Source of the DNA: Burkholderiales bacterium | Lineage (GTDB): Bacteria > Pseudomonadota > Gammaproteobacteria > Burkholderiales > SG8-41 | Length of the DNA: 64,000 bases | Assembly (NCBI GenBank): GCA_043743335.1 | Contig: JAYTWR010000193.1 | Location: 32,692 to 96,691, forward strand | Direction of reading: 5' to 3' | Shown: positions 45,260 to 57,097 of the stretch, piece after piece | Layout: each line of letters starts with the position of its first letter | Numbering within the stretch: position 1 is the stretch's first letter | Made by a program: the position numbers and the translations under genes | The notes under the pieces: generated by a model | Databases searched by the model: none | What the model saw: only the letters and a program-made list of their open reading frames with translations | Told to the model about the DNA's origin: nothing

Positions 45260-46180
45260 TTATTTTATGAGCACCAAAGGCTTCACGCCCAGCGTCTGGC
45301 TGATTTTTTCAGCCGTCAGCCGCGCATCGGCTGGGCTGGCGTACGGCCCGGCGAGCACGCGAAAAAGGTTGTCGCGCTGAACCACCTGCACTTGCGGTGA
45401 CAGCCAATCCACATCGCCACGCAGGCGCGCCGCATAGGCGTCGGCGTTTTCGCGTGAACCAAATGCCGCTAATTGCAAGTGTACGCCGCCGGCTTCAACC
45501 GACAGCGGAATCGGCGGCGGCGCAGCGGGCGCAGCCGATGCCGCGACGGGTGCCGACGAAGGCGGCACACCCGCTATGCCCGAAGTGCCGGGCATGATGA
45601 GTTCGACATCCACCTGCGCGCTCCCGCCTGCGACAAACCCCAGTTTGTAAGCGGCGGTATACGACAAATCGATCAAGCGGCTATCGATAAACGGGCCGCG
45701 GTCGTTCACCCGCACCACCACGGATTTGCCGTTGGCGACGCTGGTCACGCGCACGTAGCTCGGCAGCGGCAGTGTAGGATGCGCCGCGCTCATGCCGTAC
45801 ATGTCGTAGGTTTCGCCGGTGGAGGTGAGTTTGCCGTGATAGCGGCGGCCATACCACGACGCCACGCCGCGCGCGCGATACGGCGCCACAGCAGTCATCG
45901 GCACATAATTGCGGCCCATCACGGTATACGGGCGCAGGGCACCGCGATGTAGCGGCTCCACGCGCGGCACGGCGTCGGGGATGCTGTCGACGTTCGCTGG
46001 CGGGTTAGCGCCGGGACCGTCGTCCAGATAATAACCGCCACTTTTTGACGTAGGCGCAGACGCAGACGGGGGCGCAGAAGCCACCGGTGGCGGCGACGCT
46101 CGCCGGCCACCAAACAAGCCGCAACCGGCGAGCAGCGCAAGTGCTGCGACACCCAGCGCCATCTGCAGCGCGCGCCTCAT
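45260..46180 (-). CDS. rlpA: septal ring lytic transglycosylase RlpA (DPBB plus SPOR domains), lipoprotein
   Basis: The start at 46180 gives MRRALQMALGVAALALLAGCG (lipobox) with an ATGA overlap onto the rodA stop. GVASWYGRRYHGKLTSTGETYDM is the DPBB domain, and the C-terminus is a SPOR domain. Confidence 0.85.
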   Translation of the reverse strand: MRRALQMALGVAALALLAGCGLFGGRRASPPPVASAPPSASAPTSKSGGYYLDDGPGANPPANVDSIPDAVPRVEPLHRGALRPYTVMGRNYVPMTAVAPYRARGVASWYGRRYHGKLTSTGETYDMYGMSAAHPTLPLPSYVRVTSVANGKSVVVRVNDRGPFIDSRLIDLSYTAAYKLGFVAGGSAQVDVELIMPGTSGIAGVPPSSAPVAASAAPAAPPPIPLSVEAGGVHLQLAAFGSRENADAYAARLRGDVDWLSPQVQVVQRDNLFRVLAGPYASPADARLTAEKISQTLGVKPLVLIK

Positions 46181-47283
46181 GTGTGCACCAGCTTGCGATG
46201 CGTTTGTATGCTCATCAGTATCCCCAAACCCAGACACAGCGACACCAGCGACGTGCCGCCATAGCTGATCAGCGGCAACGGCACGCCTACCACGGGCAGG
46301 ATGCCGCTCACCATGCCCATGTTGACAAAAGCGTAGGTAAAAAACGTCAGCGTGATCGCGCCCGCCAAGAGGCGCGTGAACAGGGTGGGCGCGTTGGCGG
46401 CAATGATCGCGCCGCGCAAGATAACTATCAAAAACAGCCCCAGCAACAGCACATTGCCCAGCAGGCCGAACTCCTCGGAAAACACCGCGAATATAAAATC
46501 GGTGGTGCGCTCGGGGATGAAATCCAGATGCGTCTGCGTGCCACCCATCCACCCTTTGCCAGTCCATCCGCCGGAACCGACTGCGATGGTGGATTGTATG
46601 GTGTGATAGCCGCTACCCAGCGGGTCTTCCATCGGATCAATCAGGGTGCGTATGCGTTGCTGCTGGTAGTCATGCATCATCGACCAAGCGACAGGCGCAG
46701 CGGCGGCACTTGCTATGGCCAACCCGGCGATGATTTTCCAGGATAGTCCGGCCAGAAACAGCACGTAGCCGCCGCTGGCGAGTATTAATATCGCGGTGCC
46801 CAAATCCGGCTGCCGCGCGATCAAGGCTACCGGCACCAATAACATTGCCGCAGCGATGACAAAATTGCTGGTACGCAGCGTGCCTTCATAGTGGTGGAAG
46901 TACCACGCCAGCATCAAGGGTGCTGCGATTTTCATCAGCTCCGATGGTTGAATGCGGGTGATGCCAATATTCAGCCAGCGCCGCGCGCCGTTGACGATAT
47001 CGCCCTTGACCGCTACGCCCAGCAACAGAATCAGGCCGATGACAAACAGCGGCAGCGCCAGCCGCATCAGAAAATGCGGCGGGATGTTGGCGACAATCCA
47101 CATCACCGTCAGCGCCACCAGCATATTAATCATTTGCCCGGAAACGCGCGGCCAGCCCGCGTTGGATGCGCTGTATAAAACGGTAAGGCCCACACCCATC
47201 AGCAACAACACCGCACCCAACAGCGGCCCGTCAATATGGTCTGTCAGTAACCGCGAGAAGCGCCGCAGATAGTACGCGATCAT
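46177..47283 (-). CDS. rodA: peptidoglycan glycosyltransferase RodA (SEDS)
   Basis: 368 aa of the SEDS family, with IQPSELMK, TDFIFAV and PLPLISYGGTS. Confidence 0.95.
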   Translation of the reverse strand: MIAYYLRRFSRLLTDHIDGPLLGAVLLLMGVGLTVLYSASNAGWPRVSGQMINMLVALTVMWIVANIPPHFLMRLALPLFVIGLILLLGVAVKGDIVNGARRWLNIGITRIQPSELMKIAAPLMLAWYFHHYEGTLRTSNFVIAAAMLLVPVALIARQPDLGTAILILASGGYVLFLAGLSWKIIAGLAIASAAAAPVAWSMMHDYQQQRIRTLIDPMEDPLGSGYHTIQSTIAVGSGGWTGKGWMGGTQTHLDFIPERTTDFIFAVFSEEFGLLGNVLLLGLFLIVILRGAIIAANAPTLFTRLLAGAITLTFFTYAFVNMGMVSGILPVVGVPLPLISYGGTSLVSLCLGLGILMSIQTHRKLVHT

Positions 47284-49184
47284 CGCGTGGCCTCTGCTTT
47301 GGCGGCATCGCTGGCGGCTTCAGGCGTTTCTTTGCCGAGCAAATAATAATCCAGCACCTGCCGCGCAATGGGCGCAGCGGCCTTGGCACCAAAGCCGGCG
47401 TTTTCGACAATTAACGCCACCGCGATGCGCGGCTTGTCGGCGGGCGCATAAGCGATAAACAGCGCGTGATCGCGAAAACGTTCCTGCACTCGGCTCTCCA
47501 CATATTTGTCACCCTGCTTGATGGCGATCACCTGCGCGGTGCCGGTTTTGCCGCCGCTGGTGTACTCGGCACCTGCAAATACCGACGCGCTGGTGCCCTC
47601 TTTGTTCACCCCCACCAGCGCTTTTTTGATCACCGCCACGTGCTCCGGGTTCCACGCCAGCGTGCGCAGCGGCTGCGGCTCCACAGGTGTGCGCGCCTTG
47701 CTGCGAACATCTTCAATAAAATCAACGACATGCGGTTTGAACATCACGCCTTCGTTGGCCAGCGTCGAAATCGCTGACGCCAATTGCAACGGCGTATACG
47801 CGTTGTAACCTTGGCCGATGGCAATGCTCACGGTTTCACCGGCAAACCATTCGCGGTTAAAGCGCTTCTTTTTCCACTCCTTCGACGGCAAGGTGCCGGT
47901 GGATTCTCCGGTCAAATCAATGCCGCTGCGTGAACCAAAACCCAACTGCGACATAAACTTTGAGATGGCATCGATGCCCAGATCATTGGCCAGCACGTAG
48001 TAATAGGTGTCGCACGACACGACAATGGATTTATACATATCCACCCAGCCGTGACCGTTCACCGCATCGTCGCGAAACTGGTGGTTGCCCATCCAGAAAT
48101 AACCGGGATCGGAGATGCCGCTTTGCGGTGTGCGCTTGCCGTACGTCAACGCCGCCAACGCCATGAACGGTTTAAAGGTAGAGCCCGGCGGATACGTGCC
48201 GTTGAGTGCGCGATTTAACATCGGGCGGTCGGGCGAGTTACGCAACTCGGCCCAGCTTTGCGGATCAATGCCGTCGACAAACAAATTAGGATCAAAACTG
48301 GGTTTGCTCACGAAGGCCAGCACGCCGCCAGTTTGCGGGTCCATTGCCACCAGCGCACCGCGCCGGTTACCGAAGGCTTTGAACGCCAGCGCCTGCAAGC
48401 CCGCATCCAGCTTCAACACCAGATTAGAACCCGACGTGGGCGGCGTGCGTGACAGCAAGCGAACGGCGCGCCCAGCGGAATCGATTTCCACCTGCTCCAC
48501 GCCCGTGGTGCCATGCAGCGCGCGCTCGTAGCTTTGTTCCAAGCCCATTTTGCCGATGTAATCGGTGCCACGATAATTGGCAAGATCGCCCGTTTCTTCG
48601 AGCCGGTCGAGTTCTTTTTGATTAATACGCCCGATGTAGCCGATCACGTGCGAAAACAATTCCCCCTGCGGATACTGGCGAAACAGCCGCGCCTTGATTT
48701 CCACGCCCGGAAAACGATAACGATGCGCCGCAAAGCGCGCGATTTCCTCGTCTGACAGGCGCGAGCGTATGGGCAGGCTCTCAAAGCTTTTGCTCTCTTC
48801 GAGCAACTGGCGGAAACGCCGCCGGTCACGCGGCGATATGTCGACGATCTCGCCAAGACTGTCGACGGTGTTATCGACGTTGCCGGCTTTGCTGGGGGTG
48901 ATTTCCAGCGTGTGCGCCGTGTAGTTGTACGCGAGCTGCACGCCGTTGCGATCACTGATGACGCCACGACCCGGTGTGGCCGGTACGACCGAGATGCGAT
49001 TGGCCTCCGCCAACGTGTGATAGTGATCGTGCCGCACCACCTGCAAATACGCAAAGCGAACCAGCAGCAACACAAACATCACCACCACAAACACGGTCAA
49101 TATAACAAGCCTTACCTTGAACTGCTGTTCTTCCCGCTGCGCATCGCGAAACTCGACGCCCTTACTGAAAATCAGTCTAGCCAT
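47280..49184 (-). CDS. mrdA: penicillin-binding protein 2 (elongasome transpeptidase)
   Basis: 634 aa with the STFKP active site, SCD (SxN-type) and KTGTAQ motifs. Confidence 0.95.
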   Translation of the reverse strand: MARLIFSKGVEFRDAQREEQQFKVRLVILTVFVVVMFVLLLVRFAYLQVVRHDHYHTLAEANRISVVPATPGRGVISDRNGVQLAYNYTAHTLEITPSKAGNVDNTVDSLGEIVDISPRDRRRFRQLLEESKSFESLPIRSRLSDEEIARFAAHRYRFPGVEIKARLFRQYPQGELFSHVIGYIGRINQKELDRLEETGDLANYRGTDYIGKMGLEQSYERALHGTTGVEQVEIDSAGRAVRLLSRTPPTSGSNLVLKLDAGLQALAFKAFGNRRGALVAMDPQTGGVLAFVSKPSFDPNLFVDGIDPQSWAELRNSPDRPMLNRALNGTYPPGSTFKPFMALAALTYGKRTPQSGISDPGYFWMGNHQFRDDAVNGHGWVDMYKSIVVSCDTYYYVLANDLGIDAISKFMSQLGFGSRSGIDLTGESTGTLPSKEWKKKRFNREWFAGETVSIAIGQGYNAYTPLQLASAISTLANEGVMFKPHVVDFIEDVRSKARTPVEPQPLRTLAWNPEHVAVIKKALVGVNKEGTSASVFAGAEYTSGGKTGTAQVIAIKQGDKYVESRVQERFRDHALFIAYAPADKPRIAVALIVENAGFGAKAAAPIARQVLDYYLLGKETPEAASDAAKAEATR

Positions 49185-49701
49185 GATCCGGATCAGCGCG
49201 CGGCCGTTGCGGCAACTTCAACAGATACGACAACGCAGGCCATAGCAGCCCACCGATGATGCTGCCGAAAAAATACCAGTAGCCGGGAAAATCACTGCCG
49301 GCCGCCAGCCGTATCAACAACACGATCATATCGTTCAGCAACAGCAGCGGTGCCGCGTGCAACGCCTGCGGCGTGATGGAAAAGCGTTGCACACGCCGGT
49401 GCAACGCAATGCCCGCGTACGCCAGTATGGTGTACGACAAGGCATGCTGGCCGAACAGGCTGCCGTCGGCGACGTCCATCAAAAGGCCCAACAGCCACGC
49501 GATAGTGAAGCCGACTTTGCGCGGCTGATCGATACACCAATACAGCAACACCAGCGCGACAAAATCCGGGCGCACCCACAAGCCCCAGCCTGCCCACGGC
49601 AGCAAATTGATGAGCAGTGCCACCACCAGCGTGAACACAATAAAACCGGTTTGGGCGGGCTTGAGAATTTCCTGCGGCGAGCCGGGGTAAAAATTAATCA
49701 T
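49177..49701 (-). CDS. mreD: rod shape-determining protein MreD
   Basis: The internal ATG at 49701, 8 nt after the mreC stop, gives a polytopic membrane protein. It sits between mreC and mrdA. Confidence 0.85.
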   Translation of the reverse strand: MINFYPGSPQEILKPAQTGFIVFTLVVALLINLLPWAGWGLWVRPDFVALVLLYWCIDQPRKVGFTIAWLLGLLMDVADGSLFGQHALSYTILAYAGIALHRRVQRFSITPQALHAAPLLLLNDMIVLLIRLAAGSDFPGYWYFFGSIIGGLLWPALSYLLKLPQRPRADPDHG

Positions 49702-49708
49702 GATGCGC

Positions 49709-50611
49709 TCATCCGCCCTTTTTGCCCTTGCGCCCGCGCAGTGCGACTTCACTGTCTTCCACCGGACGCGGCGGCAAGGCTTCCGACCCTTGCACCACGA
49801 ACACGCGCGTGTTGTTACTCACACCGCCGAGCGGCCGGCAGGTCACTTTGGAAAACGTTGCTGCGGGATTGGGCTCAATCGCCACCACCTCCGCCACCGG
49901 CAACCCCGGCGCGTAAATACCGTCGATGCCGGATGTCACCAGTTGATCGCCCTTTTGCACGTCGGCGTTCAGCGGTACGAATTGCAGCTCCATCACACCG
50001 CCAACACCGGTGCCCGCCAGCACCGAGCGCAGCCCGCTACGCACATTGAGCACCGGTATCAAGTGGCCTTTGTCGGTAATCAATGTCACTTCGGCCAACA
50101 TGGGATAGGCCCGCGTCACTTGGCCCACCACGCCGGATGCGTCAATCACCGGCTGGCCATTGCGCACCTCGTGCTGCGTGCCTTTGTCGATGACGATACG
50201 CTGGGTGAACGGATCGCGCGCGGCGTAGAGCACCTCAGCCAGCGTCGAGCTTCCCGCATTGCGCTCACGGGCGTCGAGCAGTTTGCGCAAGTGGGCATTC
50301 TCGGCTTCGAGCGCTTTGGTTTTTTGCGTTAGCGTTGCGCCGGCGAGATTTTCCTGCACAAGGCGAACGTTTTCGTCGCGCAACGCGGCGCGCGAACTGA
50401 AAAATTCACCGATATGCCGCAGCAAACTGGCGGGCGCGGCAGCCAGGCGTTGCAGCGGATAAATCGCCACGGCAGCGACTTGCCGTATGGCGTCCAGGTG
50501 TTTGTAACGCCCGTCGGCGATTAACAGCGCCAGTGACAACGCAGAAAAAATCAGCAGGCGGGTTAGCGGGCTGGCGCCGGTTTTGAAGAACGGCGGCGGC
50601 GTGTGTTCCAT
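49709..50611 (-). CDS. mreC: rod shape-determining protein MreC
   Basis: 300 aa with an N-terminal TM, a coiled coil (LEAENAHLRKLL), and beta domains (GVVGQVT...GIDGIYAPGLPVA). Confidence 0.9.
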   Translation of the reverse strand: MEHTPPPFFKTGASPLTRLLIFSALSLALLIADGRYKHLDAIRQVAAVAIYPLQRLAAAPASLLRHIGEFFSSRAALRDENVRLVQENLAGATLTQKTKALEAENAHLRKLLDARERNAGSSTLAEVLYAARDPFTQRIVIDKGTQHEVRNGQPVIDASGVVGQVTRAYPMLAEVTLITDKGHLIPVLNVRSGLRSVLAGTGVGGVMELQFVPLNADVQKGDQLVTSGIDGIYAPGLPVAEVVAIEPNPAATFSKVTCRPLGGVSNNTRVFVVQGSEALPPRPVEDSEVALRGRKGKKGG

Positions 50612-50675
50612 CGCTCGGCCACAGGGCGGCGGTTACGCGCGGGCGCAGATGCCGTAACACCCCGACTCAATCGCA

Positions 50676-51803
<1,128 letters not shown>

Positions 51804-51866
51804 TTATGATACTCTTGCCGTCAGCCTTTTTGAAGAATCTTTTTGCAGAATTCCCAATAACCTACT

Positions 51867-52154
51867 ATGGCATTGACACTGGACGACGTGAAGCGCGTGG
51901 CGCATCTCGCGCGCATCGCCATCACCGATAACGAAGCCGCGGCGACGCACGCGCAGCTCACCGGCATCTTTGGGTTGATTGCCCAGATGGCGGCGGTGGA
52001 CGTTAGCGCGATTGCGCCGATGTCCCACGCGCAGGATGTGGCGCAGCGCCTGCGCGAAGACGCCGTCAGTGAAGGCGATCTTCGCGAGCGCTTTCAGGCC
52101 GTCGCGCCGCAGGTAGAAGCGGGCCTTTATCTCGTGCCGAAGGTAATCGAGTAG
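51867..52154 (+). CDS. gatC: Asp/Glu-tRNA amidotransferase subunit C
   Basis: 95 aa with [25 protein letters not shown]. Confidence 0.95.
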   Translation: MALTLDDVKRVAHLARIAITDNEAAATHAQLTGIFGLIAQMAAVDVSAIAPMSHAQDVAQRLREDAVSEGDLRERFQAVAPQVEAGLYLVPKVIE

Positions 52155-52231
52155 GCTCGCGCTGTGCGCTCGGCTTACCGGAAAACCTCTAACCCGCCTT
52201 CTTTCGCACGCAACTTCGCCAGTAACACGCC

Positions 52232-53698
52232 ATGCAACCCGATCCGCACCAAGCAACGCTGCGTCAACTGTCTGATGGCTTGGCCGCCGGAAAGTTCTCC
52301 AGCGCTGAGATAACACAAGAATTTCTCAATAAAATCAATAAGTTAAACACAACGCTGAATTGCTTTATCAGCGTTGATAGCGACAAAAGCCTGTCTCAAG
52401 CGCGCGCTGCCGACGCGCTGCGCGCCGCCGGTAAAGCGCAACCGCTGACGGGCGCGCCCCTCGCCCAGAAAGATATATTCTGCGCACAGGGCTGGCTCAC
52501 CACTTGCGGCTCGAAAATGTTGTCGAATTTCGTGTCGCCCTACGACGCGCATGTCATTGAGCGTTTTAACGCGGCAGGCGCGGTGAATCTGGGCAAAACC
52601 AATATGGACGAGTTCGCCATGGGCTCGTCCAACGAAACCTCGTTTTATGGCCCGGTGCGTAATCCGTGGGATCAAACGCGCGTGCCCGGCGGCAGTTCCG
52701 GCGGGTCGGCGGCGGCGGTTGCGGCTCGGCTGGCTCCGGCGGCCACCGGTACCGACACCGGCGGCTCTATCCGCCAGCCAGCGGCACTCACCGGCATTTG
52801 CGGGCTGAAACCGACTTATGGCGTGGTGTCACGCTACGGCATGATCGCTTTTGCCTCCAGCCTCGACCAAGGCGGGCCGATGGCACGTACTGCGGATGAT
52901 TTGGGCCTGATGCTTAACGTGATGGCGGGTTTTGACGCGCGCGATTCCACCAGCCTGCAACGTGACGCTGAGGATTACACACGCGATCTGGCCCAGCCAT
53001 TAAAGGGCAAACGCATCGGCTTGCCCAAAGAGTTTTTTGCCGCAGGGGCCGCCGCCGATGTGATCAAAGCCGTGGAAGCGGCCATCGCGGAATACCGCAA
53101 ACTCGGCTGCGAAATCGTCGATGTAAGCCTGCCGAATATGGGGCTGTCGGTGCCGGTGTATTACGTGCTGGCACCCGCCGAGGCGTCCAGCAATCTGTCG
53201 CGTTTTGACGGCGTACGCTACGGCCACCGCGCCAAAGACTACACTGACCTCACCGAAATGTATGAAAAAAGCCGCGCCGAGGGCTTTGGCGCGGAGGTCA
53301 AACGACGCATTCTGATCGGCGCTTACGTGCTGTCGCACGGCTACTACGACGCCTATTACATCCGCGCGCAAAAACTGCGACGGCTGATTGCACAGGATTT
53401 CACCGAGGCCTTCAAGCACTGCGACGTCATCATGGGGCCGACCAGCCCTTCCACGGCGTTTAGAATCGGCGAGAAATCCGGCGATCCGGTGCAAATGTAT
53501 TTGTCAGATATTTACACCATCGCCGTCAATTTGGCCGGACTGCCGGGCATGTCGATACCCTGCGGCTTTGATAGCGGCGGGTTGCCTGTGGGCCTGCAAA
53601 TCATCGGCAATTATTTTTCCGAAGCGCACATGCTAAACGTAGCGCATCAGTATCAGTTGGCTACCGCTTGGCACCTGTGGGCACCCAGCGGTATTTAA
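52232..53698 (+). CDS. gatA: Asp/Glu-tRNA amidotransferase subunit A
   Basis: 488 aa carrying the amidase signature [13 protein letters not shown]...[12 protein letters not shown]. Confidence 0.95.
   Translation: MQPDPHQATLRQLSDGLAAGKFSSAEITQEFLNKINKLNTTLNCFISVDSDKSLSQARAADALRAAGKAQPLTGAPLAQKDIFCAQGWLTTCGSKMLSNFVSPYDAHVIERFNAAGAVNLGKTNMDEFAMGSSNETSFYGPVRNPWDQTRVPGGSSGGSAAAVAARLAPAATGTDTGGSIRQPAALTGICGLKPTYGVVSRYGMIAFASSLDQGGPMARTADDLGLMLNVMAGFDARDSTSLQRDAEDYTRDLAQPLKGKRIGLPKEFFAAGAAADVIKAVEAAIAEYRKLGCEIVDVSLPNMGLSVPVYYVLAPAEASSNLSRFDGVRYGHRAKDYTDLTEMYEKSRAEGFGAEVKRRILIGAYVLSHGYYDAYYIRAQKLRRLIAQDFTEAFKHCDVIMGPTSPSTAFRIGEKSGDPVQMYLSDIYTIAVNLAGLPGMSIPCGFDSGGLPVGLQIIGNYFSEAHMLNVAHQYQLATAWHLWAPSGI
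52327..52345 (-). repeat. AT-rich box, 18/19, inside gatA coding sequence
   Basis: CAATAAAATCAATAAGTTA encodes LNKINKLN. Confidence 0.75.
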
Positions 53699-53719
53699 AC
53701 CTTTACACGATCACGGGAG

Positions 53720-53811
53720 GTGAACGAGTAAGCGGATGAACAAGTAAACGAGTAGACCCTGACCAACAGTGGGGTTACTCGTTTACTTGTTCACCCGTTC
53801 ACCCGCTCACG
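53720..53811. repeat. palindromic element in the gatA-gatB spacer (perfect 18-bp stem, arms made of short GTGAAC-type repeats)
   Basis: TGAACAAGTAAACGAGTA (53737-53754) pairs with TACTCGTTTACTTGTTCA (53777-53794) around a 22-nt loop. The outer arms are partly complementary. Confidence 0.65.
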
Positions 53812-53819
53812 AATTTAAA

Positions 53820-55265
53820 ATGAATTGGGAAGTCGTCATCGGTCTCGAAACCCACGCGCAACTGTCGACGGTGTCGAAAATATTTTCCGGCGCGTCCACG
53901 GCTTTTGGCGCGGCGCCCAACACGCAGGCCTGTGCGGTAGATATCGCGCTGCCCGGCGTGTTGCCAGTGCTGAACCACGGGGCAGTCGAGCGCGCCATAC
54001 GCTTTGGTCTTGCCGTGGGGGCCAAGATCAATCCACGCTCGGTGTTCGCGCGCAAAAATTATTTTTATCCAGATTTGCCCAAGGGCTACCAAATCAGCCA
54101 ATACGAGCTGCCGATCGTCGAAGGTGGCAGCATCAGCTATCTAGTTGATAATAAAGAGAAAATTGTTCAACTCACGCGCGCGCACTTGGAAGAAGACGCC
54201 GGCAAATCGCTGCACGAAGCATTTAGCGACGCGACGGGCATTGATCTGAATCGTGCCGGCACGCCGCTGCTGGAAATTGTCACCGAGCCCGAGATGCGCT
54301 CGGCGGCCGAGGCCGTGGCCTACGCCAGGACGCTGCACGCGCTGGTGCGCTGGATCGGCATTTGCGACGGCAACATGCAGGAAGGCTCGTTCCGTTGCGA
54401 TGCCAACGTGTCCGTAAGGCGCGCGGGCGAAGCGCTCGGCACGCGCTGCGAAATCAAGAACCTGAATTCGTTCCGCTTTCTCGAACAGGCGATCAATTAC
54501 GAAGTGCGACGCCAGATCGACATCATCGAAGACGGCGGCAAGATCAAGCAGGAAACGCGTCTGTTTGATCCCGACAAAAACGAAACCCGCTCCATGCGCT
54601 CGAAAGAGGACGCGCACGACTACCGCTATTTTCCGGATCCGGATTTGTTACCGCTGGCCGTCAGCAACGCGACGATAGAAGCCATACGCGCCACGCTGCC
54701 AGAATTGCCGCAAGCCAAGCAAGCGCGCTTCGCTGCGACGTATGGGGTGACGGCTTACGATGCTGCGCTGCTCACTGGCAGCCGCGAGCTGGCCGATTAT
54801 TTTGAGGCCGCCGTGCAAAACGCCGACGCAAAAACCGCCAAACTGTGCGCCAACTGGGTCACCGGGCAACTCAACGCCCGCCTCAACGAGGAAAGCGGGG
54901 AGATCGCGAGCAGCAAAATCAGCAGCGCACAATTGCGCCGTTTGGTGGATCGCATTGCCGACGGCAGCGTTTCCGGCAACACCGCCAAGGGCATTTTCGA
55001 CGCCATTTGGGCGGGCGATGCCAGTGGTCCGGATGCCGCAGATATCCTTATAAAAAACAAAGGGTTACAGCAAATATCCGACATCGGCGCGATCGAGAAA
55101 ATCGTCGACGACGTACTCACCGCCAACGCGCAGCAAGTCGCCGACTACAAGGCCGGCAAGGAAAAAGCATTCAATTCGCTGGTCGGCCAAGCCATGAAGG
55201 CAACCAAGGGCAAGGCCAATCCACAGCAGGTGAACGAGATTTTGAAGCGCAAGCTGGCGCTATAA
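53820..55265 (+). CDS. gatB: Asp/Glu-tRNA amidotransferase subunit B
   Basis: The ATG at 53820 gives [15 protein letters not shown]..., followed by HLEEDAGK. The ORF-track extension into the palindrome was rejected. Confidence 0.95.
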   Translation: MNWEVVIGLETHAQLSTVSKIFSGASTAFGAAPNTQACAVDIALPGVLPVLNHGAVERAIRFGLAVGAKINPRSVFARKNYFYPDLPKGYQISQYELPIVEGGSISYLVDNKEKIVQLTRAHLEEDAGKSLHEAFSDATGIDLNRAGTPLLEIVTEPEMRSAAEAVAYARTLHALVRWIGICDGNMQEGSFRCDANVSVRRAGEALGTRCEIKNLNSFRFLEQAINYEVRRQIDIIEDGGKIKQETRLFDPDKNETRSMRSKEDAHDYRYFPDPDLLPLAVSNATIEAIRATLPELPQAKQARFAATYGVTAYDAALLTGSRELADYFEAAVQNADAKTAKLCANWVTGQLNARLNEESGEIASSKISSAQLRRLVDRIADGSVSGNTAKGIFDAIWAGDASGPDAADILIKNKGLQQISDIGAIEKIVDDVLTANAQQVADYKAGKEKAFNSLVGQAMKATKGKANPQQVNEILKRKLAL

Positions 55266-55292
55266 TGCCAGCCGAATTCAACTCGTGTTGCG

Positions 55293-56033
55293 CTATTTCT
55301 TGGCGGGCGCAGGCGTTGCTGCGGGTGCCGCTGGTGCTGCAGAAACAGCGGGCGCGGGGGCCGGGGGCGGCGGCAACGGTGTTTCCGGTCCCATGGGCAT
55401 ACCACGCAATGCGGCGTAGCGTTTGCGATACCCGGCGTAGGCGGCAATGGTGTCGGCCTTGGCCTTTTCATTGGTGGCAATGTCACTTGAAATACGCTTG
55501 TACTCGCGTTCGGCGCGCGCGAGGTCTTCCTTGGTGGAAGGCGGCACCGGTTTTTTGTCTTTTTCCAGATCCGCCACGCGTTTCTTGGCATCTTCGAGGC
55601 GCTCGCTGGCCCCCTTGATAGCGCCATTTTGCTGGACAATAAAATTGTCCAGTGCCTGCAGTTCGCGGTTGCGCTTCAAATCAATTTCTTTTTCGCTGGT
55701 GAAGGTATTGAGCAGCGCGGTGTCTTGACGCTTTTGCTCGGTCAAGCGCTTCGTTTCTTCCGCCTTGGCCTGCGTCTGCTCTTTTTCAGCGGCTTGGCGT
55801 TTGGCGATTTCGTCCGCTGACTCGGCGGTTTTGCGCACATTACCCTGCTTGTCGAGCTCTTTGGTGGCACTGCCCGCAAACTCAGCCGGCACTTTGTCGC
55901 CGCAACCCACCACCTTGCCCGAGGCATCTTTCCAGCAAACGATTTTGCCTTGCGCATGCGTCGCAGGCACATTGAGCGCAAGCACTAACGTGCCAACCAG
56001 TGCAATGGAAATGCCGGGAAAGACTCGGGTCAT
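55293..56033 (-). CDS. exported coiled-coil protein (DUF4124-like N-terminus)
   Basis: 246 aa. It has a signal peptide, VCWKDASGKVVGCGDKVP, a long Lys/Glu/Ala coiled coil, and a Pro/Ala-rich tail. Confidence 0.5.
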   Translation of the reverse strand: MTRVFPGISIALVGTLVLALNVPATHAQGKIVCWKDASGKVVGCGDKVPAEFAGSATKELDKQGNVRKTAESADEIAKRQAAEKEQTQAKAEETKRLTEQKRQDTALLNTFTSEKEIDLKRNRELQALDNFIVQQNGAIKGASERLEDAKKRVADLEKDKKPVPPSTKEDLARAEREYKRISSDIATNEKAKADTIAAYAGYRKRYAALRGMPMGPETPLPPPPAPAPAVSAAPAAPAATPAPAKK

Positions 56034-56320
56034 GATTTATCCTTTTGATACACGTCGTTACAGCGTTTCACGCCGGCATTGCCACAAGGGCGTTCGCGTG
56101 GGAGCATGGCGGTTGCCACAAACCAAGGCCGCATTATAGCGGTGCGGCGTAAGCCCCAACAATGATCATTCCACCACCAACGCCGGGCAACTGACTGACT
56201 ACCCTGCAATAGCGCGCCAGAGCCCCCTCGGTTGACAATCCACGCACAGCGACTAGCCATGGTTTGCCACGCCGCCGTTTTGGTGTCGCGGTGCCCCTGA
56301 CAAAACCGGTACGCACGCCC

Positions 56321-57097
56321 ATGTTACGCATCGTCTCCCTCAATTTGAACGGTATCCGCTCGGCCGAACGCAAAGGCTTTTTGCCATGGCTCGCCACACA
56401 CCAGCCCGACATGCTGTGCGTGCAGGAGATCAAGGCACAGGCGGAAGACATGACATCTGAAATGCTCGCCCCGGCGGGTTACCACGGGCATTTTCATTAC
56501 GCGCAGAAAAAGGGCTACAGCGGCGTCGGGCTGTATAGCCGGGTAAAGCCGAAGCAAGTTGTCATCGGCATGGGCGTGCGCGAATTCGACGACGAGGGCC
56601 GTTACGTCGAAGCTGATTTCGGCAAGCTGACGGTGGTCTCCGTGTATCTGCCGTCAGGCTCCAGCGGTGAAGATCGCCAGCAGGCGAAGTTTCGCTTCAT
56701 GGAAAAATTCTATCCGCGCCTGAAAAAGCTCAAAGCCAGCGGACGCGAAGTGGTGGTATGCGGCGACTGGAACATCGCCCACAAAGAAATCGATCTGAAG
56801 AATTGGCGCGGCAACAAAAAGAATTCCGGCTTTTTGCCCGAAGAGCGCGAATGGCTCACCCAAGTATTTGATGCGTTGCAGTGGGTGGATGTATTTCGCC
56901 GCATCGACGACCGGCCCGATCAATACACTTGGTGGTCGAATCGCGGACAGGCGTATGCGAAGAACGTCGGCTGGCGCATTGACTATCACATTGCCACGCC
57001 CGGCATAGCGGCCACGGCAATTAACGCGGCGATCTACAAGGATGAAAAATTCTCGGATCACGCGCCACTCACCATCGATTACGACTTCAAGCTTTAA
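56321..57097 (+). CDS. xth: exodeoxyribonuclease III
   Basis: The ATG at 56321 gives MLRIVSLNLNGIRSA..., followed by LCVQEIK, GDWNIAH and SDHAPL. Confidence 0.9.
   Translation: MLRIVSLNLNGIRSAERKGFLPWLATHQPDMLCVQEIKAQAEDMTSEMLAPAGYHGHFHYAQKKGYSGVGLYSRVKPKQVVIGMGVREFDDEGRYVEADFGKLTVVSVYLPSGSSGEDRQQAKFRFMEKFYPRLKKLKASGREVVVCGDWNIAHKEIDLKNWRGNKKNSGFLPEEREWLTQVFDALQWVDVFRRIDDRPDQYTWWSNRGQAYAKNVGWRIDYHIATPGIAATAINAAIYKDEKFSDHAPLTIDYDFKL

Noticed and set aside
54845-55639. 257-aa plus-strand and 164-aa minus-strand ORFs overlapping the gatB 3' end and the coiled-coil protein gene
   Set aside because: Both are extremely Arg/Gln/Pro-rich alternative frames of supported genes and are considered non-coding.
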